Of a stretch of DNA of 64,000 bases, positions 43,889 through 52,796 are shown piece after piece. The notes beneath the pieces were generated by a model. The model saw nothing but the letters and a program-made list of their open reading frames with translations, ran no database searches and was not told the DNA's origin. This DNA is from Mucilaginibacter sp. (GTDB lineage Bacteria > Bacteroidota > Bacteroidia > Sphingobacteriales > Sphingobacteriaceae). The stretch lies in assembly GCA_965200995.1 (NCBI GenBank), contig OZ241743.1, one strand, 5' to 3'. A program made the position numbers and the translations under genes. How positions within the stretch are numbered: position 1 is the first letter of the stretch; each line of letters starts with the position of its first letter.

Positions 43889-44743
43889 TTATCCACTTAC
43901 AGCCTGCCACAGCTTAACCGCTTCTACAGCTTCTTTCACATCATGCACCCGTAGTATAGAAGCGCTTTTACCAAGTGCAATGGTATTTAATATGGTGGTA
44001 CCATTCAACGCTTCACCGGCATTGGTATTCAGCAAACCGTAAATCATGCGCTTGCGCGATACGCCGGCCAGTACAGGCAAACCCAACAGCTGAAAATCCT
44101 GCAGCCGGTTCAGCAAAGCGTAGCTGTGTTCCGCTTTTTTGGCAAAGCCGAAGCCGGGATCAATAATCACATCATGCACGCCCAATAGCCGCAATTGATG
44201 GTACTTTTCGGTAAAGTAATCCAGCACCTCATGAAATACATCTTGATATTGGGCCAGTTGTACCATGTTTTGGGGTGTGCCTTTCATGTGCATCAATATA
44301 TAAGGCACCTGCAGGCGGGCTACGGTGGCAAACATGGTTTCATCCAGCTGTCCGCCCGAAACATCGTTAATGATATGCGCACCGGCCCTAACAGAAGCTT
44401 CGGCTACCGGGGCACGAAAGGTATCTATGGAAATTACCGCTTCAGGATAACGGCTCACTACGGCTTCAACGGCGGGCAGCAGCCGGTCGGTTTCCTCCTG
44501 CACCGAAATATCATTGGCACCGGGGCGTGAAGAATAGGCGCCCATATCCAGAAAGGTAGCGCCATCGGCCAGCATCTTCCCGGCTTGCTCCAAAACGGCA
44601 TCAGTATCAGTTTTACGGCTGTCGGCGTAAAAAGAATCGGGCGTTAAGTTGATAATGCCCATTGCCCTGGGTTGGGTTAAATCAATAAGGCGGCCACGGG
44701 CGTTAATGGTGGTCTTTTTATGAAAAACTGTATCTTTAGCCAT
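43889..44743 (-). CDS. folP: Dihydropteroate synthase
   Basis: 284 aa. Contains GIINLTPDSFYADS, DMGAYSSRPG, IINDVSGG and DPGFGFAK motifs. Confidence 0.96.
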   Translation of the reverse strand: MAKDTVFHKKTTINARGRLIDLTQPRAMGIINLTPDSFYADSRKTDTDAVLEQAGKMLADGATFLDMGAYSSRPGANDISVQEETDRLLPAVEAVVSRYPEAVISIDTFRAPVAEASVRAGAHIINDVSGGQLDETMFATVARLQVPYILMHMKGTPQNMVQLAQYQDVFHEVLDYFTEKYHQLRLLGVHDVIIDPGFGFAKKAEHSYALLNRLQDFQLLGLPVLAGVSRKRMIYGLLNTNAGEALNGTTILNTIALGKSASILRVHDVKEAVEAVKLWQAVSG

Positions 44744-44813
44744 TCAGGAGAAGGGCGTGCTTTAACCGGCTGCTGCCCGTACAAATATCAAACAAAATTT
44801 AACTTCTACCCAC

Positions 44814-45353
44814 TTGAGCAATACCGCCGCCGAATATGATGCTGTAATAGAGGTATGTAAAAACCTGTTCATCAAAAAAACACGCGATTATGGCACTGCC
44901 TGGCGCATCCTCCGGCTATCGTCAATTACCGACCAGATTTTTATTAAGGCCCAGCGCATCCGAACGCTGGAAGAAAAAAAGGTATCTATGGTGGGCGATG
45001 ACGTTACCGGCGAATATATCGGCATCGTCAACTACTGCCTGATTGCCATGATGCAGTTGGAGTGCGGCCCGGATACCCCTGTAGAGCTTTCGCCTGAACA
45101 CGTAAGCCGCCTGTTTGACCATTATGCCAATGATACCCGCAACCTGATGTTTGCCAAGAACCACGATTACGGCGAGGCATGGCGCGATATGCGCATTAGC
45201 TCCCTTACCGACCTGATACTGATGAAGCTGCTGCGTGTAAAGCAAATAGAGGACAATGCCGGGCAAACATTGGCCTCCGAAGGCGTACAAGCCAATTACC
45301 AGGATATGCTCAACTACTCGGTATTTGCACTGATTAAACTGGGCGTAAAATGA
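44814..45353 (+). CDS. DUF1599 protein (internally duplicated helical domain)
   Basis: 179 aa with a TTG start. Two repeats: RDYGTAWRILRLSSITDQIFIKAQRIRTLEE and HDYGEAWRDMRISSLTDLILMKLLRVKQIED. Divergent from folP. Confidence 0.75.
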   Translation: MSNTAAEYDAVIEVCKNLFIKKTRDYGTAWRILRLSSITDQIFIKAQRIRTLEEKKVSMVGDDVTGEYIGIVNYCLIAMMQLECGPDTPVELSPEHVSRLFDHYANDTRNLMFAKNHDYGEAWRDMRISSLTDLILMKLLRVKQIEDNAGQTLASEGVQANYQDMLNYSVFALIKLGVK

Positions 45354-46501
45354 AGAATGCACTCATCTGGTTTTGCCGCATCGCGGTAGGCCTGCTCTTT
45401 ATCTTTTCAGGGCTGATTAAAGCGAATGACCCGCTGGGCTTTTCCTATAAACTACAGGAATATTTTGAGGTGTTCCACCTTACGGCGTTAAATGGTTTGG
45501 CGCTTAGTTCGGCCATATTGCTTTGCGCACTGGAAATGATTTTAGGCTTCGCCCTGCTTATCGGCATCCGCATTAACAGTGTGGCCTGGGGGCTGTTGCT
45601 GTTGATCATCTTTTTCGGCTTCCTTACCTTTTACTCTGCCTATTTTAAAGTTGTGCAAACCTGCGGCTGCTTTGGTGACGCTATACCGCTTACCCCCTGG
45701 CAGTCGTTCGGTAAAGACATGGTGCTGCTGGCACTGGTGCTGGTACTGTTCTTTAACCGCAGGCAGCTAAAACTGCTCGTTAACCCAAAGGCCGAAATGG
45801 CGTTGCTGGCTGCGGCTGTTGTGCTATCGGTTGGCGTAGGCTTATACACCTACAATTTTTTGCCGGTGATTGATTTTCTGCCTTACAAAATTGGGGCTAA
45901 TTTGCCCGATGAAATGAAAACACCGCCGGGTGCCAAACCCGATGAGTATGAGCTGACTTATCATTTAAAAAACAAAAAGACCAGTGCCGTTAAGGACATG
46001 ACCGATAAGGACTACCTGAAAAGCGGCATCTGGAAAGACACCAACTGGGAAGTACAGGGCGACCCGGAACGCCGGCTGGTGAAAGCAGGCTTTACCCCCA
46101 AAATACGCGATTTAGCCATACAGGATGCGCAGGGCAATGCCTATACCGATGAACTGCTGTTGAACCCCTTCTATAGCTTATGGATAGTAGCCTATGATTT
46201 GGAGCATACCCATACGGAGGCTATCAACCGGGCCAATGCACTGGCTATCAACCTCACCCGTAATTATAACATCCGCACGGTGCTGCTTACTTCGGCTAAT
46301 GTGCAGGAAGCTACTGCGTTTGCCAAAGCGCACCACCTGGTATCAGAAGTATTTTATGCCGATGGTGTACCGCTTAAAACCATGGTGCGGGCCAACCCCG
46401 GCATCATGCTGATGAAAAACGGCACGGTAGTGAACAAATGGCATTACCATACCCTACCCACCTATGACCGGCTGGTAAAGGAGTACCTGCAAAAACCATA
46501 A
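45350..46501 (+). CDS. DoxX/MauE-type membrane domain fused to a thioredoxin-like-sized periplasmic domain (BT_3928-like)
   Basis: 383 aa. Four TM helices with the QTCGCFGD motif, then a soluble C-terminal half. Overlaps the DUF1599 stop by 4 nt. Confidence 0.7.
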   Translation: MKNALIWFCRIAVGLLFIFSGLIKANDPLGFSYKLQEYFEVFHLTALNGLALSSAILLCALEMILGFALLIGIRINSVAWGLLLLIIFFGFLTFYSAYFKVVQTCGCFGDAIPLTPWQSFGKDMVLLALVLVLFFNRRQLKLLVNPKAEMALLAAAVVLSVGVGLYTYNFLPVIDFLPYKIGANLPDEMKTPPGAKPDEYELTYHLKNKKTSAVKDMTDKDYLKSGIWKDTNWEVQGDPERRLVKAGFTPKIRDLAIQDAQGNAYTDELLLNPFYSLWIVAYDLEHTHTEAINRANALAINLTRNYNIRTVLLTSANVQEATAFAKAHHLVSEVFYADGVPLKTMVRANPGIMLMKNGTVVNKWHYHTLPTYDRLVKEYLQKP

Positions 46502-46504
46502 ATT

Positions 46505-47563
46505 ATGCTGAGTTACCTGCTGCGCAAAACCGCTTATGGGCTGGCTGTAATGCTGGGGGTAGCTACGGTGGTGTTTGTGCTGTTCAACATTCTGCCGGTT
46601 GACCCGGCGCGTATGACTCAGGGGCAGCGCAGCGATGTGCAATCCTTACAGGCCGTTCGTAAAGAGTTCGGGCTGGATAAACCGGTGCCGGTTCAATACC
46701 TGTATTACCTGAACGATTTATCGCCTGTTGGTATACATGAGCGCAGTACCGAGGCGCAGCAGCAATACCATTATCTTACGTTGTTTCCGGTAAGCCATTC
46801 CCATGTACTGGCACTTAAGTTTCCTTACCTGCGCCGCTCCTATCAAACCCATAAGGCGGTAGCGCGACTCCTGTCCGAAGTTATCCCCAATACATTAATT
46901 CTGGCAGTTACCGCTATGGCGATGGCTATCCTTATTGGGGTATGGCTGGGCGTCATCAGCGCCGTTTATCAGGGCAGCTGGATAGATAAGGTAGCAATGG
47001 CTTTTTCCGTATTAGGCATTTCGGCCCCTTCCTTTTTTGCAGGTATCATCATTGCCTGGCTGTTTGGCTTTGTACTGAGCCACTATACGGGGCTGGATAT
47101 GTCGGGCAGCTTGTATAGCTACGATCCGTTTAGGGGCGAAGTGATCACCTGGCGCAATCTGATACTGCCCATGATTACGTTGGGCTTGCGCCCCCTGGCT
47201 ATCATCGTACAGCTTACCCGCAATGCCATGCTGGATGTATTGAGCCAGGATTATATCCGCACGGCCAAAGCCAAAGGATTGAGCCAATGGCGTGTGGTAT
47301 ACCGCCATGCGCTGCCCAATGCGCTCAACCCGGTGATCACCGCCATTGCCAACTGGTTCGCTTCGCTGCTGGCCGGTTCGTTTTTTGTAGAATATGTGTT
47401 CGGGTACAACGGCTTGGGCAAGGTAACGGTAGATGCCCTCGAAATGTCGGACTTTCCGGTGATTATAGGTGCCATCCTTTTTATTGCGCTCATTTTTGTA
47501 GTGATCAATATACTGGTGGATTTGTTGTATGTATGGATTGACCCTCGGGTGAAACTCAGTTAA
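46505..47563 (+). CDS. ABC transporter permease, DppB/OppB family (no partner genes adjacent)
   Basis: 352 aa. N-terminal LLRKTAYGLAVMLGVATVVFVLFNILPVDPA and the EAA-like loop DYIRTAKAKGLSQWRVVYRHALPNAL. Confidence 0.88.
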   Translation: MLSYLLRKTAYGLAVMLGVATVVFVLFNILPVDPARMTQGQRSDVQSLQAVRKEFGLDKPVPVQYLYYLNDLSPVGIHERSTEAQQQYHYLTLFPVSHSHVLALKFPYLRRSYQTHKAVARLLSEVIPNTLILAVTAMAMAILIGVWLGVISAVYQGSWIDKVAMAFSVLGISAPSFFAGIIIAWLFGFVLSHYTGLDMSGSLYSYDPFRGEVITWRNLILPMITLGLRPLAIIVQLTRNAMLDVLSQDYIRTAKAKGLSQWRVVYRHALPNALNPVITAIANWFASLLAGSFFVEYVFGYNGLGKVTVDALEMSDFPVIIGAILFIALIFVVINILVDLLYVWIDPRVKLS

Positions 47564-47567
47564 CGTC

Positions 47568-48071
47568 ATGATCATTTTTCTAACCGGATTTATGGGCTGC
47601 GGCAAAACCACCCTGGGCCGCAAACTGGCGGCCAGGCTTGGTCACGAGTTTATCGATTTAGACTATGTATTGGAAGCCCAGGCCGGCATGGGCATTCCGC
47701 AGTACTTTTTGCAGTTCGGTGAGGCGCATTTCAGGGCGATGGAGTCAAGGGTACTCAAAACGATGGATTACCCCAAAAACGCAGTAGTTTCTACCGGCGG
47801 CGGCCTGCCCTGCTTTTTCGATCACATGGCTTGGATGAACCGGCAAGGGAAAACGGTTTACATCAAGTTGTCGCCCAAAACCCTGGCCGCCCGGCTGGAG
47901 AACAGCAGGGCCAGCCGCCCCCTGCTGCATGACAAACACGGCGATGCCCTGATTGCCTTCATTGAAGAAAAGTTGGCAGAGCGCGAACCTTACTATACGC
48001 AAGCCAGCATTATTGCTGATGGCTTGAGTTTGACAGCGGAAAAGATGGAGGAGATATTGAAGGCAGGTTAA
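47568..48071 (+). CDS. aroK: Shikimate kinase
   Basis: 167 aa. Contains GFMGCGKTTLGRKLA, DLD and VVSTGGG motifs. Confidence 0.93.
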   Translation: MIIFLTGFMGCGKTTLGRKLAARLGHEFIDLDYVLEAQAGMGIPQYFLQFGEAHFRAMESRVLKTMDYPKNAVVSTGGGLPCFFDHMAWMNRQGKTVYIKLSPKTLAARLENSRASRPLLHDKHGDALIAFIEEKLAEREPYYTQASIIADGLSLTAEKMEEILKAG

Positions 48072-48148
48072 GTATCAGCTACCAATACACTTGCAACTCG
48101 TCCCCGTAAAATTTTACTACTTTTGCCATACCTGCTTAAAACAGCATT

Positions 48149-49813
48149 ATGAGCGAAGAAAAATCACTGAACTTTATAGAGGAAATTATTGAGGAGGATA
48201 TCCGCACCGGCAAGAACATGGGTAGGGTACATACCCGTTTCCCGCCCGAGCCGAACGGCTACCTGCATATTGGTCATGCCAAGTCTATCTGCTTAAACTT
48301 TGGCTTAGCCAAAAAATATAATGGCAAAACCAACCTGCGATTTGATGATACCAACCCGGTGACGGAAGATACCGAGTATGTGGAAAGCATTAAGGAGGAT
48401 GTACGCTGGCTGGGCTTTGAGTGGGCCAATGAACTATATGCCTCCGATTACTTTGATTTACTGTATGCCTTTGCCCTTACCCTCATCAGGCAGGGGCTGG
48501 CCTATGTAGACGACAGCACTTCAGAAGAGATTGCCACGCAAAAAGGTACGCCTACCGAACCGGGTACGCCTAACACTTACCGCAGCCGTACAGTGGAAGA
48601 GAACATCCAGCTTTTTGAAGATATGAAGGCCGGCAAATACCCCGATGGTGCCAAAGTATTGCGGGCTAAAATCGACCTGGCCTCGCCCAATATGCTGCTG
48701 CGCGACCCGCTGATGTACCGCATTAAGCATGCGCACCACCACCGTACCGGCGATAAATGGTGCATTTACCCCATGTATGATTTTGCCCACGGCGAATCGG
48801 ATTCGATTGAGGAAATCACCCACTCGCTGTGTACACTGGAGTTTGTAACCCACCGTGCCTTGTACGAATGGTTTATTGATAAGCTGGAAATCTTCCCTTC
48901 GCGCCAGTACGAGTTTGCCCGCCTGAACATGACCTATACCGTAATGAGCAAGCGCAAATTGCTGCAACTGGTAAACGAAGGCCATGTAGAGAATTGGGAC
49001 GATCCGCGTATGCCCACCATCAGCGGCTTGCGCCGCCGGGGCTATACGCCGCATTCCATCCGTGAGTTTTGCGACCGTATTGGTATTGCCAAGCGCGAAA
49101 ACATGATTGATGTGAGCCTGCTGGAGTTCTGCATTCGCGAGGATCTGAATAAAACCGCATGGCGCCGCATGGCCGTGCTCGACCCGGTAAAACTGGTAAT
49201 CACCAACTATCCCGAAGGCCAGACCGAAACAATGTTTGGCGAAAACAACCCCGAAGTGGAAGGCGGTGAAGGTGGCCGCGACATTCCGTTTAGTCGCGAA
49301 TTATATATTGAGCGCGAAGACTTTATGGAGGAACCAACCAAAAAGTACTTCCGCTTAGGCCCCGGCCTGATGGTACGCTTAAAGAATGCTTACATCATCA
49401 AATGTGAAAACTTTGTAAAAGATGCGCAAGGCAATATCACTGAGATATATTGCAGCCATTTAGCCGATTCTAAATCGGGCCATGATACCAGCGGCGTGAA
49501 TGTAAAGGGCACTATCCACTGGGTAAGCGCCGCACATGCCAAACAGGCTGAAGTACGCCTGTATGAGCGCCTGTTCCAGGTGGAGGACCCCAGCAATGAG
49601 GAAGGCGATTTTAAGGAGTACTTAAATCCTGAAAGCTTACAGGTGCAAACCGCTTATATTGAACCTGACCTGGCTACTGCCCTGCCGGGTAAGGGCTATC
49701 AATTTATCCGTAAGGGCTATTTTACACTGGATAAAAATTCAGGCGCCGACAAACTGGTATTTAACCGTACGGTTACGTTGAAAGATACCTGGACAAAGGC
49801 GGCTAAGAAATAA
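48149..49813 (+). CDS. glnS: Glutamine--tRNA ligase
   Basis: 554 aa. HIGH motif ([14 protein letters not shown]), KMSKS-type VMSKRKL and the GlnRS anticodon-binding C-terminal region. Confidence 0.97.
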   Translation: MSEEKSLNFIEEIIEEDIRTGKNMGRVHTRFPPEPNGYLHIGHAKSICLNFGLAKKYNGKTNLRFDDTNPVTEDTEYVESIKEDVRWLGFEWANELYASDYFDLLYAFALTLIRQGLAYVDDSTSEEIATQKGTPTEPGTPNTYRSRTVEENIQLFEDMKAGKYPDGAKVLRAKIDLASPNMLLRDPLMYRIKHAHHHRTGDKWCIYPMYDFAHGESDSIEEITHSLCTLEFVTHRALYEWFIDKLEIFPSRQYEFARLNMTYTVMSKRKLLQLVNEGHVENWDDPRMPTISGLRRRGYTPHSIREFCDRIGIAKRENMIDVSLLEFCIREDLNKTAWRRMAVLDPVKLVITNYPEGQTETMFGENNPEVEGGEGGRDIPFSRELYIEREDFMEEPTKKYFRLGPGLMVRLKNAYIIKCENFVKDAQGNITEIYCSHLADSKSGHDTSGVNVKGTIHWVSAAHAKQAEVRLYERLFQVEDPSNEEGDFKEYLNPESLQVQTAYIEPDLATALPGKGYQFIRKGYFTLDKNSGADKLVFNRTVTLKDTWTKAAKK

Positions 49814-49819
49814 CTTGCC

Positions 49820-49904
49820 TGTCATTGCGAGCAACGAAGCAATCCCGTCGTTTACAGGGCGAAGAAGCATTGGCTACGGGATGGCTTCGTTCCTCGCCAT
49901 GACA
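49820..49904. repeat. REP/MITE-like long palindromic element, copy B (29-nt arms with 3 mismatches, 27-nt loop)
   Basis: tgtcattgcgagcaacgaagcaatcccgt (49820-49848) pairs with acgggatggcttcgttcctcgccatgaca (49876-49904). It starts 7 nt after the glnS stop and likely doubles as a terminator. Confidence 0.85.
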
Positions 49905-49919
49905 AAGTTTTTGATTCAG

Positions 49920-49951
49920 TTAAGGCCGTTGCAGTTAAGTAATGGCCTTAA
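49920..49951 (+). terminator. Second hairpin after glnS
   Basis: ttaaggcc (49920-49927) pairs with ggccttaa (49944-49951) across a 16-nt loop, followed by ttatttc. This is a weak terminator candidate. Confidence 0.35.
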
Positions 49952-50039
49952 TTATTTCTGTTCATATCAAAACAGGATAAATGTTTTACTGCTTTATTCA
50001 TGCTTAGCAAACCAAAATTACGCTTGCTCCTAACCTCTG

Positions 50040-50306
50040 ATGCATACGCCCATACACTGCCCACGCTGTAAAAGCCAGGATTTGACTGTCCAAACCCGGT
50101 GGCGCTATTTGAAGTGGTTTGCGGTTGGGTTGATATTATCCATCTTTTGTATGCTTTTAATGGTGATTAATGTAGTGTTTTGGGTAAGTACGGCAGGTAT
50201 GTGTATCTTCCTGTTAATCACGCTGGTATCATGGGCAAACTTTATTACCCATGAGCGTGACCGGGTTACCTGCAAGAACTGTGGGCATACATTTCTGTTA
50301 AAATAG
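50040..50306 (+). CDS. Small membrane protein with a split zinc ribbon (CxxC - two TM helices - CxxC), LITAF-like layout
   Basis: 88 aa. HCPRCKS ... WFAVGLILSIFCMLLMVINVVFWVSTAGMCIFLLITLVSW ... TCKNCGH. Confidence 0.6.
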   Translation: MHTPIHCPRCKSQDLTVQTRWRYLKWFAVGLILSIFCMLLMVINVVFWVSTAGMCIFLLITLVSWANFITHERDRVTCKNCGHTFLLK

Positions 50307-50322
50307 CAGTGTAAGTTTATCA

Positions 50323-51855
50323 ATGAAGCCGATGCCTAAAAATATAGTATACCTCATCATTGGCTTCTCGGTATTTAAGTTTTTGCTTCATCTGGCAGCA
50401 AATGCCAGCTACGGCCTGCATGCAGATGAATTATACTACATTGCCTTAAGCAAGCATTTGCAATGGGGCTACCTTGATAATTCACCGCTGATTGCGGTAA
50501 TTACAGCTTTTTCTCGCTTTTTCTTTGGCGAATCTACGTTTGCCTATCGCATTTTACCTACGCTGTTTTCTGCGTTAACCGTAAGCTTTACCGGCTTAAT
50601 CACTTATTATTTAGGAGGTAAGAGATTGGCGGTAGCTATTGCCTGTACGGCGATGCTGTGCTCTCCGGCCTTTTTAGCTACGGCCTATTTTCTGCAGCCG
50701 GTGGCTTTTGAGCAGTTTTTCTGGACGGTAGGTTTGTACTGCACTCTGCGTTATGTGCAAACCCGAAAGCCGGTTTTTATTTACGCTTGCGGACTGCTCT
50801 TGGGCCTGGGGTTGCTAAATAAATACACTATTCTGCTCTACTCAAGTGCCATTATCGCCGGTAATTTGTTCATAATCGGCCATAAAAGGCTTAAAAAGTC
50901 ATTTTTTTTGAGGGCAGCATTTATTTGCCTGCTGGTTATACTGCCCAATATGATCTGGCAGGTGCAGCACCATTTTCCGGTGTTCAAGTATGTGCACCTG
51001 GTACACCAGCACCCCTCCTTTCATGGCATGGGCGACTACCTGTTTCAGTTCTCTTTCTTCCACGGCTCGGCAGTGGCGGTGTGGCTGGCGGGGGTGAGTT
51101 ACCTGTTGCTGAAAAAAAGCCTGAGGCCCTACCGTTTTGTGGCCTGGGCATTTGTTATTACCTGCTTGCTACTGTTCATCCTGCAGGGCAAAATTTATTA
51201 CGGACTGGGCGCCTTTCCGGCGGTAATAGCGGCGGGCGGCGTATGCTGGGAGGAAATGCTGAACCGTACCGTGGCCTTCTGGCGGTACAACTTGTTTGTG
51301 ATACTGATACTCCCCGCACTCATCGCACTGCCGGCTGTAGTGCCCCTGCTGCCTTTCCCGCTCACGGTGCGGTATTTTAAGCTGATGAGCACCTACACCT
51401 ACTTTACAGAGCCGCTTACCTGGGAGGACGGCCGGGTGCATCCCATTCCCCAGTTTTATGCCGACATGCTGGGCTGGCAGGAACTGGCGCGAAAAGTAAC
51501 CGCCGTGTACCAGAAGCTAACGCCGGAGGAAAGAAAGCATACAGTAATCTGGGCCGAGCAGTACCCGGCAGCCGGTGCCCTCAGCTACTATGGCGGCCGG
51601 CAACTGCCGCCAGTGGTATCAGCCAATAACAGCTTTATCTTATGGTCGCCAAAGGAGTTGGATGCGCAAACGGTGATTTATATTACCCGGCCCGAAACGG
51701 ATACCATCCGCCCGATGGCTAAAAACGTAATGCTGGCTGATAGTCTGACCTCTGCTTATGCACGGGAAAGGGGAATCAGGATTTACTTAATGCAGCAGCC
51801 GTCGGAACAATTTAAGCAAGCATATACAAAGCAGCGAAGCAGATTTACAGAATGA
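50323..51855 (+). CDS. Glycosyltransferase family 39 (ArnT/PMT-like, polyprenyl-phosphate-sugar dependent)
   Basis: 510 aa, polytopic. An early DE motif (HADELYYIALSKHL), many TM helices and a C-terminal soluble domain. Confidence 0.8.
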   Translation: MKPMPKNIVYLIIGFSVFKFLLHLAANASYGLHADELYYIALSKHLQWGYLDNSPLIAVITAFSRFFFGESTFAYRILPTLFSALTVSFTGLITYYLGGKRLAVAIACTAMLCSPAFLATAYFLQPVAFEQFFWTVGLYCTLRYVQTRKPVFIYACGLLLGLGLLNKYTILLYSSAIIAGNLFIIGHKRLKKSFFLRAAFICLLVILPNMIWQVQHHFPVFKYVHLVHQHPSFHGMGDYLFQFSFFHGSAVAVWLAGVSYLLLKKSLRPYRFVAWAFVITCLLLFILQGKIYYGLGAFPAVIAAGGVCWEEMLNRTVAFWRYNLFVILILPALIALPAVVPLLPFPLTVRYFKLMSTYTYFTEPLTWEDGRVHPIPQFYADMLGWQELARKVTAVYQKLTPEERKHTVIWAEQYPAAGALSYYGGRQLPPVVSANNSFILWSPKELDAQTVIYITRPETDTIRPMAKNVMLADSLTSAYARERGIRIYLMQQPSEQFKQAYTKQRSRFTE

Positions 51856-51874
51856 TTGTGCAGCATGTAAAAAT

Positions 51875-51962
51875 TGTCATTGCTGCGAGCGATAGTGCGA
51901 CAACCGCAGGGAAGTATCTCAGCTTAAGTCTCCGTGCGGTTGCTTCGTTCCTCGCAATCACA
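51875..51962. repeat. REP/MITE-like palindromic element, copy C (degenerate left arm)
   Basis: The right arm tgcggttgcttcgttcctcgcaatcaca keeps the family core. The left arm tgtcattgctgcgagcgatagtgcgacaaccgca carries indels. Inner stem caaccgcaggga/tccgtgcggttg pairs at 11 of 12. Confidence 0.7.
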
Positions 51963-52040
51963 TTTGGTTAATTACATTGATTATCAGCTATTTAATACAA
52001 GATAGAAAAGATTTCCGCTGCAAAGATGGAAATCTTTCAC

Positions 52041-52796
52041 TCAATCATTCGTCCGCCGGTGCCTTAACCAGTACCAGGCCAGATTAAAGGCAATCACCCC
52101 ATGATTGAACAGCGTAGGCAGCAGGCCGTAATGGCGTTTCATAATGTCAAAGCGTTCCAGCAGGCTCTGCTTGTGTTTGGCTTTTGACATGCCGCCTACC
52201 AGGTACCGGGCTACGTACTGGTGCACGTTCACCATCTTTTTAGCTTTTTTGGCGGCCGTAAGTATCCAGTCAATATCCGCGCTTAGCTGGTACTGCGGGT
52301 AACAATAAGGCCCGGTAAGCGAACGGCGGATATAGATGGCTTGGTGGCTGATGCTCATGCCATACCTGAAACTGCGCCAGGTAAAGCGTTCGGGCGCTTT
52401 ATGCCGCCGCCGGCCCAGGATGCGCCCGCCCTCATCAATCATCTCCGTTTCGCCATAATAAATATCAGCATCCGGCGCGGTGGCAAACAGTTTTGCTACG
52501 GTATCAGGCGCATATATCTCATCGCCGGAGTTCATGAACAGTACGTAATCGCCGGTAGCTAAGGCCAGCCCCTTATTCATGGCATCATAAATACCTTTAT
52601 CCTTCTCACTGATCAATTTGCTGATATGCGGCCGGTAGCGTTCCAGTACGTCCAGCGTACCATCGGCAGAATCGCCATCAATCACCACATACTCAATATT
52701 GCCATAAGTTTGCCCGGTTACCGATAGCAGCGTACGCTCCACATCGTGCACATTGTTGTACACTACGGTAATAATACTCAGCCTGGGGTTAAACAT
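52041..52796 (-). CDS. Glycosyltransferase family 2
   Basis: 251 aa. Contains LSIITVVYNNVHDVERTLLSV...YVVIDGDSADGT and a FMNSGDE (DxD-like) motif. Confidence 0.9.
   Translation of the reverse strand: MFNPRLSIITVVYNNVHDVERTLLSVTGQTYGNIEYVVIDGDSADGTLDVLERYRPHISKLISEKDKGIYDAMNKGLALATGDYVLFMNSGDEIYAPDTVAKLFATAPDADIYYGETEMIDEGGRILGRRRHKAPERFTWRSFRYGMSISHQAIYIRRSLTGPYCYPQYQLSADIDWILTAAKKAKKMVNVHQYVARYLVGGMSKAKHKQSLLERFDIMKRHYGLLPTLFNHGVIAFNLAWYWLRHRRTND

Noticed and set aside
49815-50033. 72-aa plus-strand ORF (MPVIASNEAIPSF...ASFLAMTKF...)
   Set aside because: It is the read-through translation of both arms of palindromic element B plus the terminator region, the typical spurious ORF created by such repeats.
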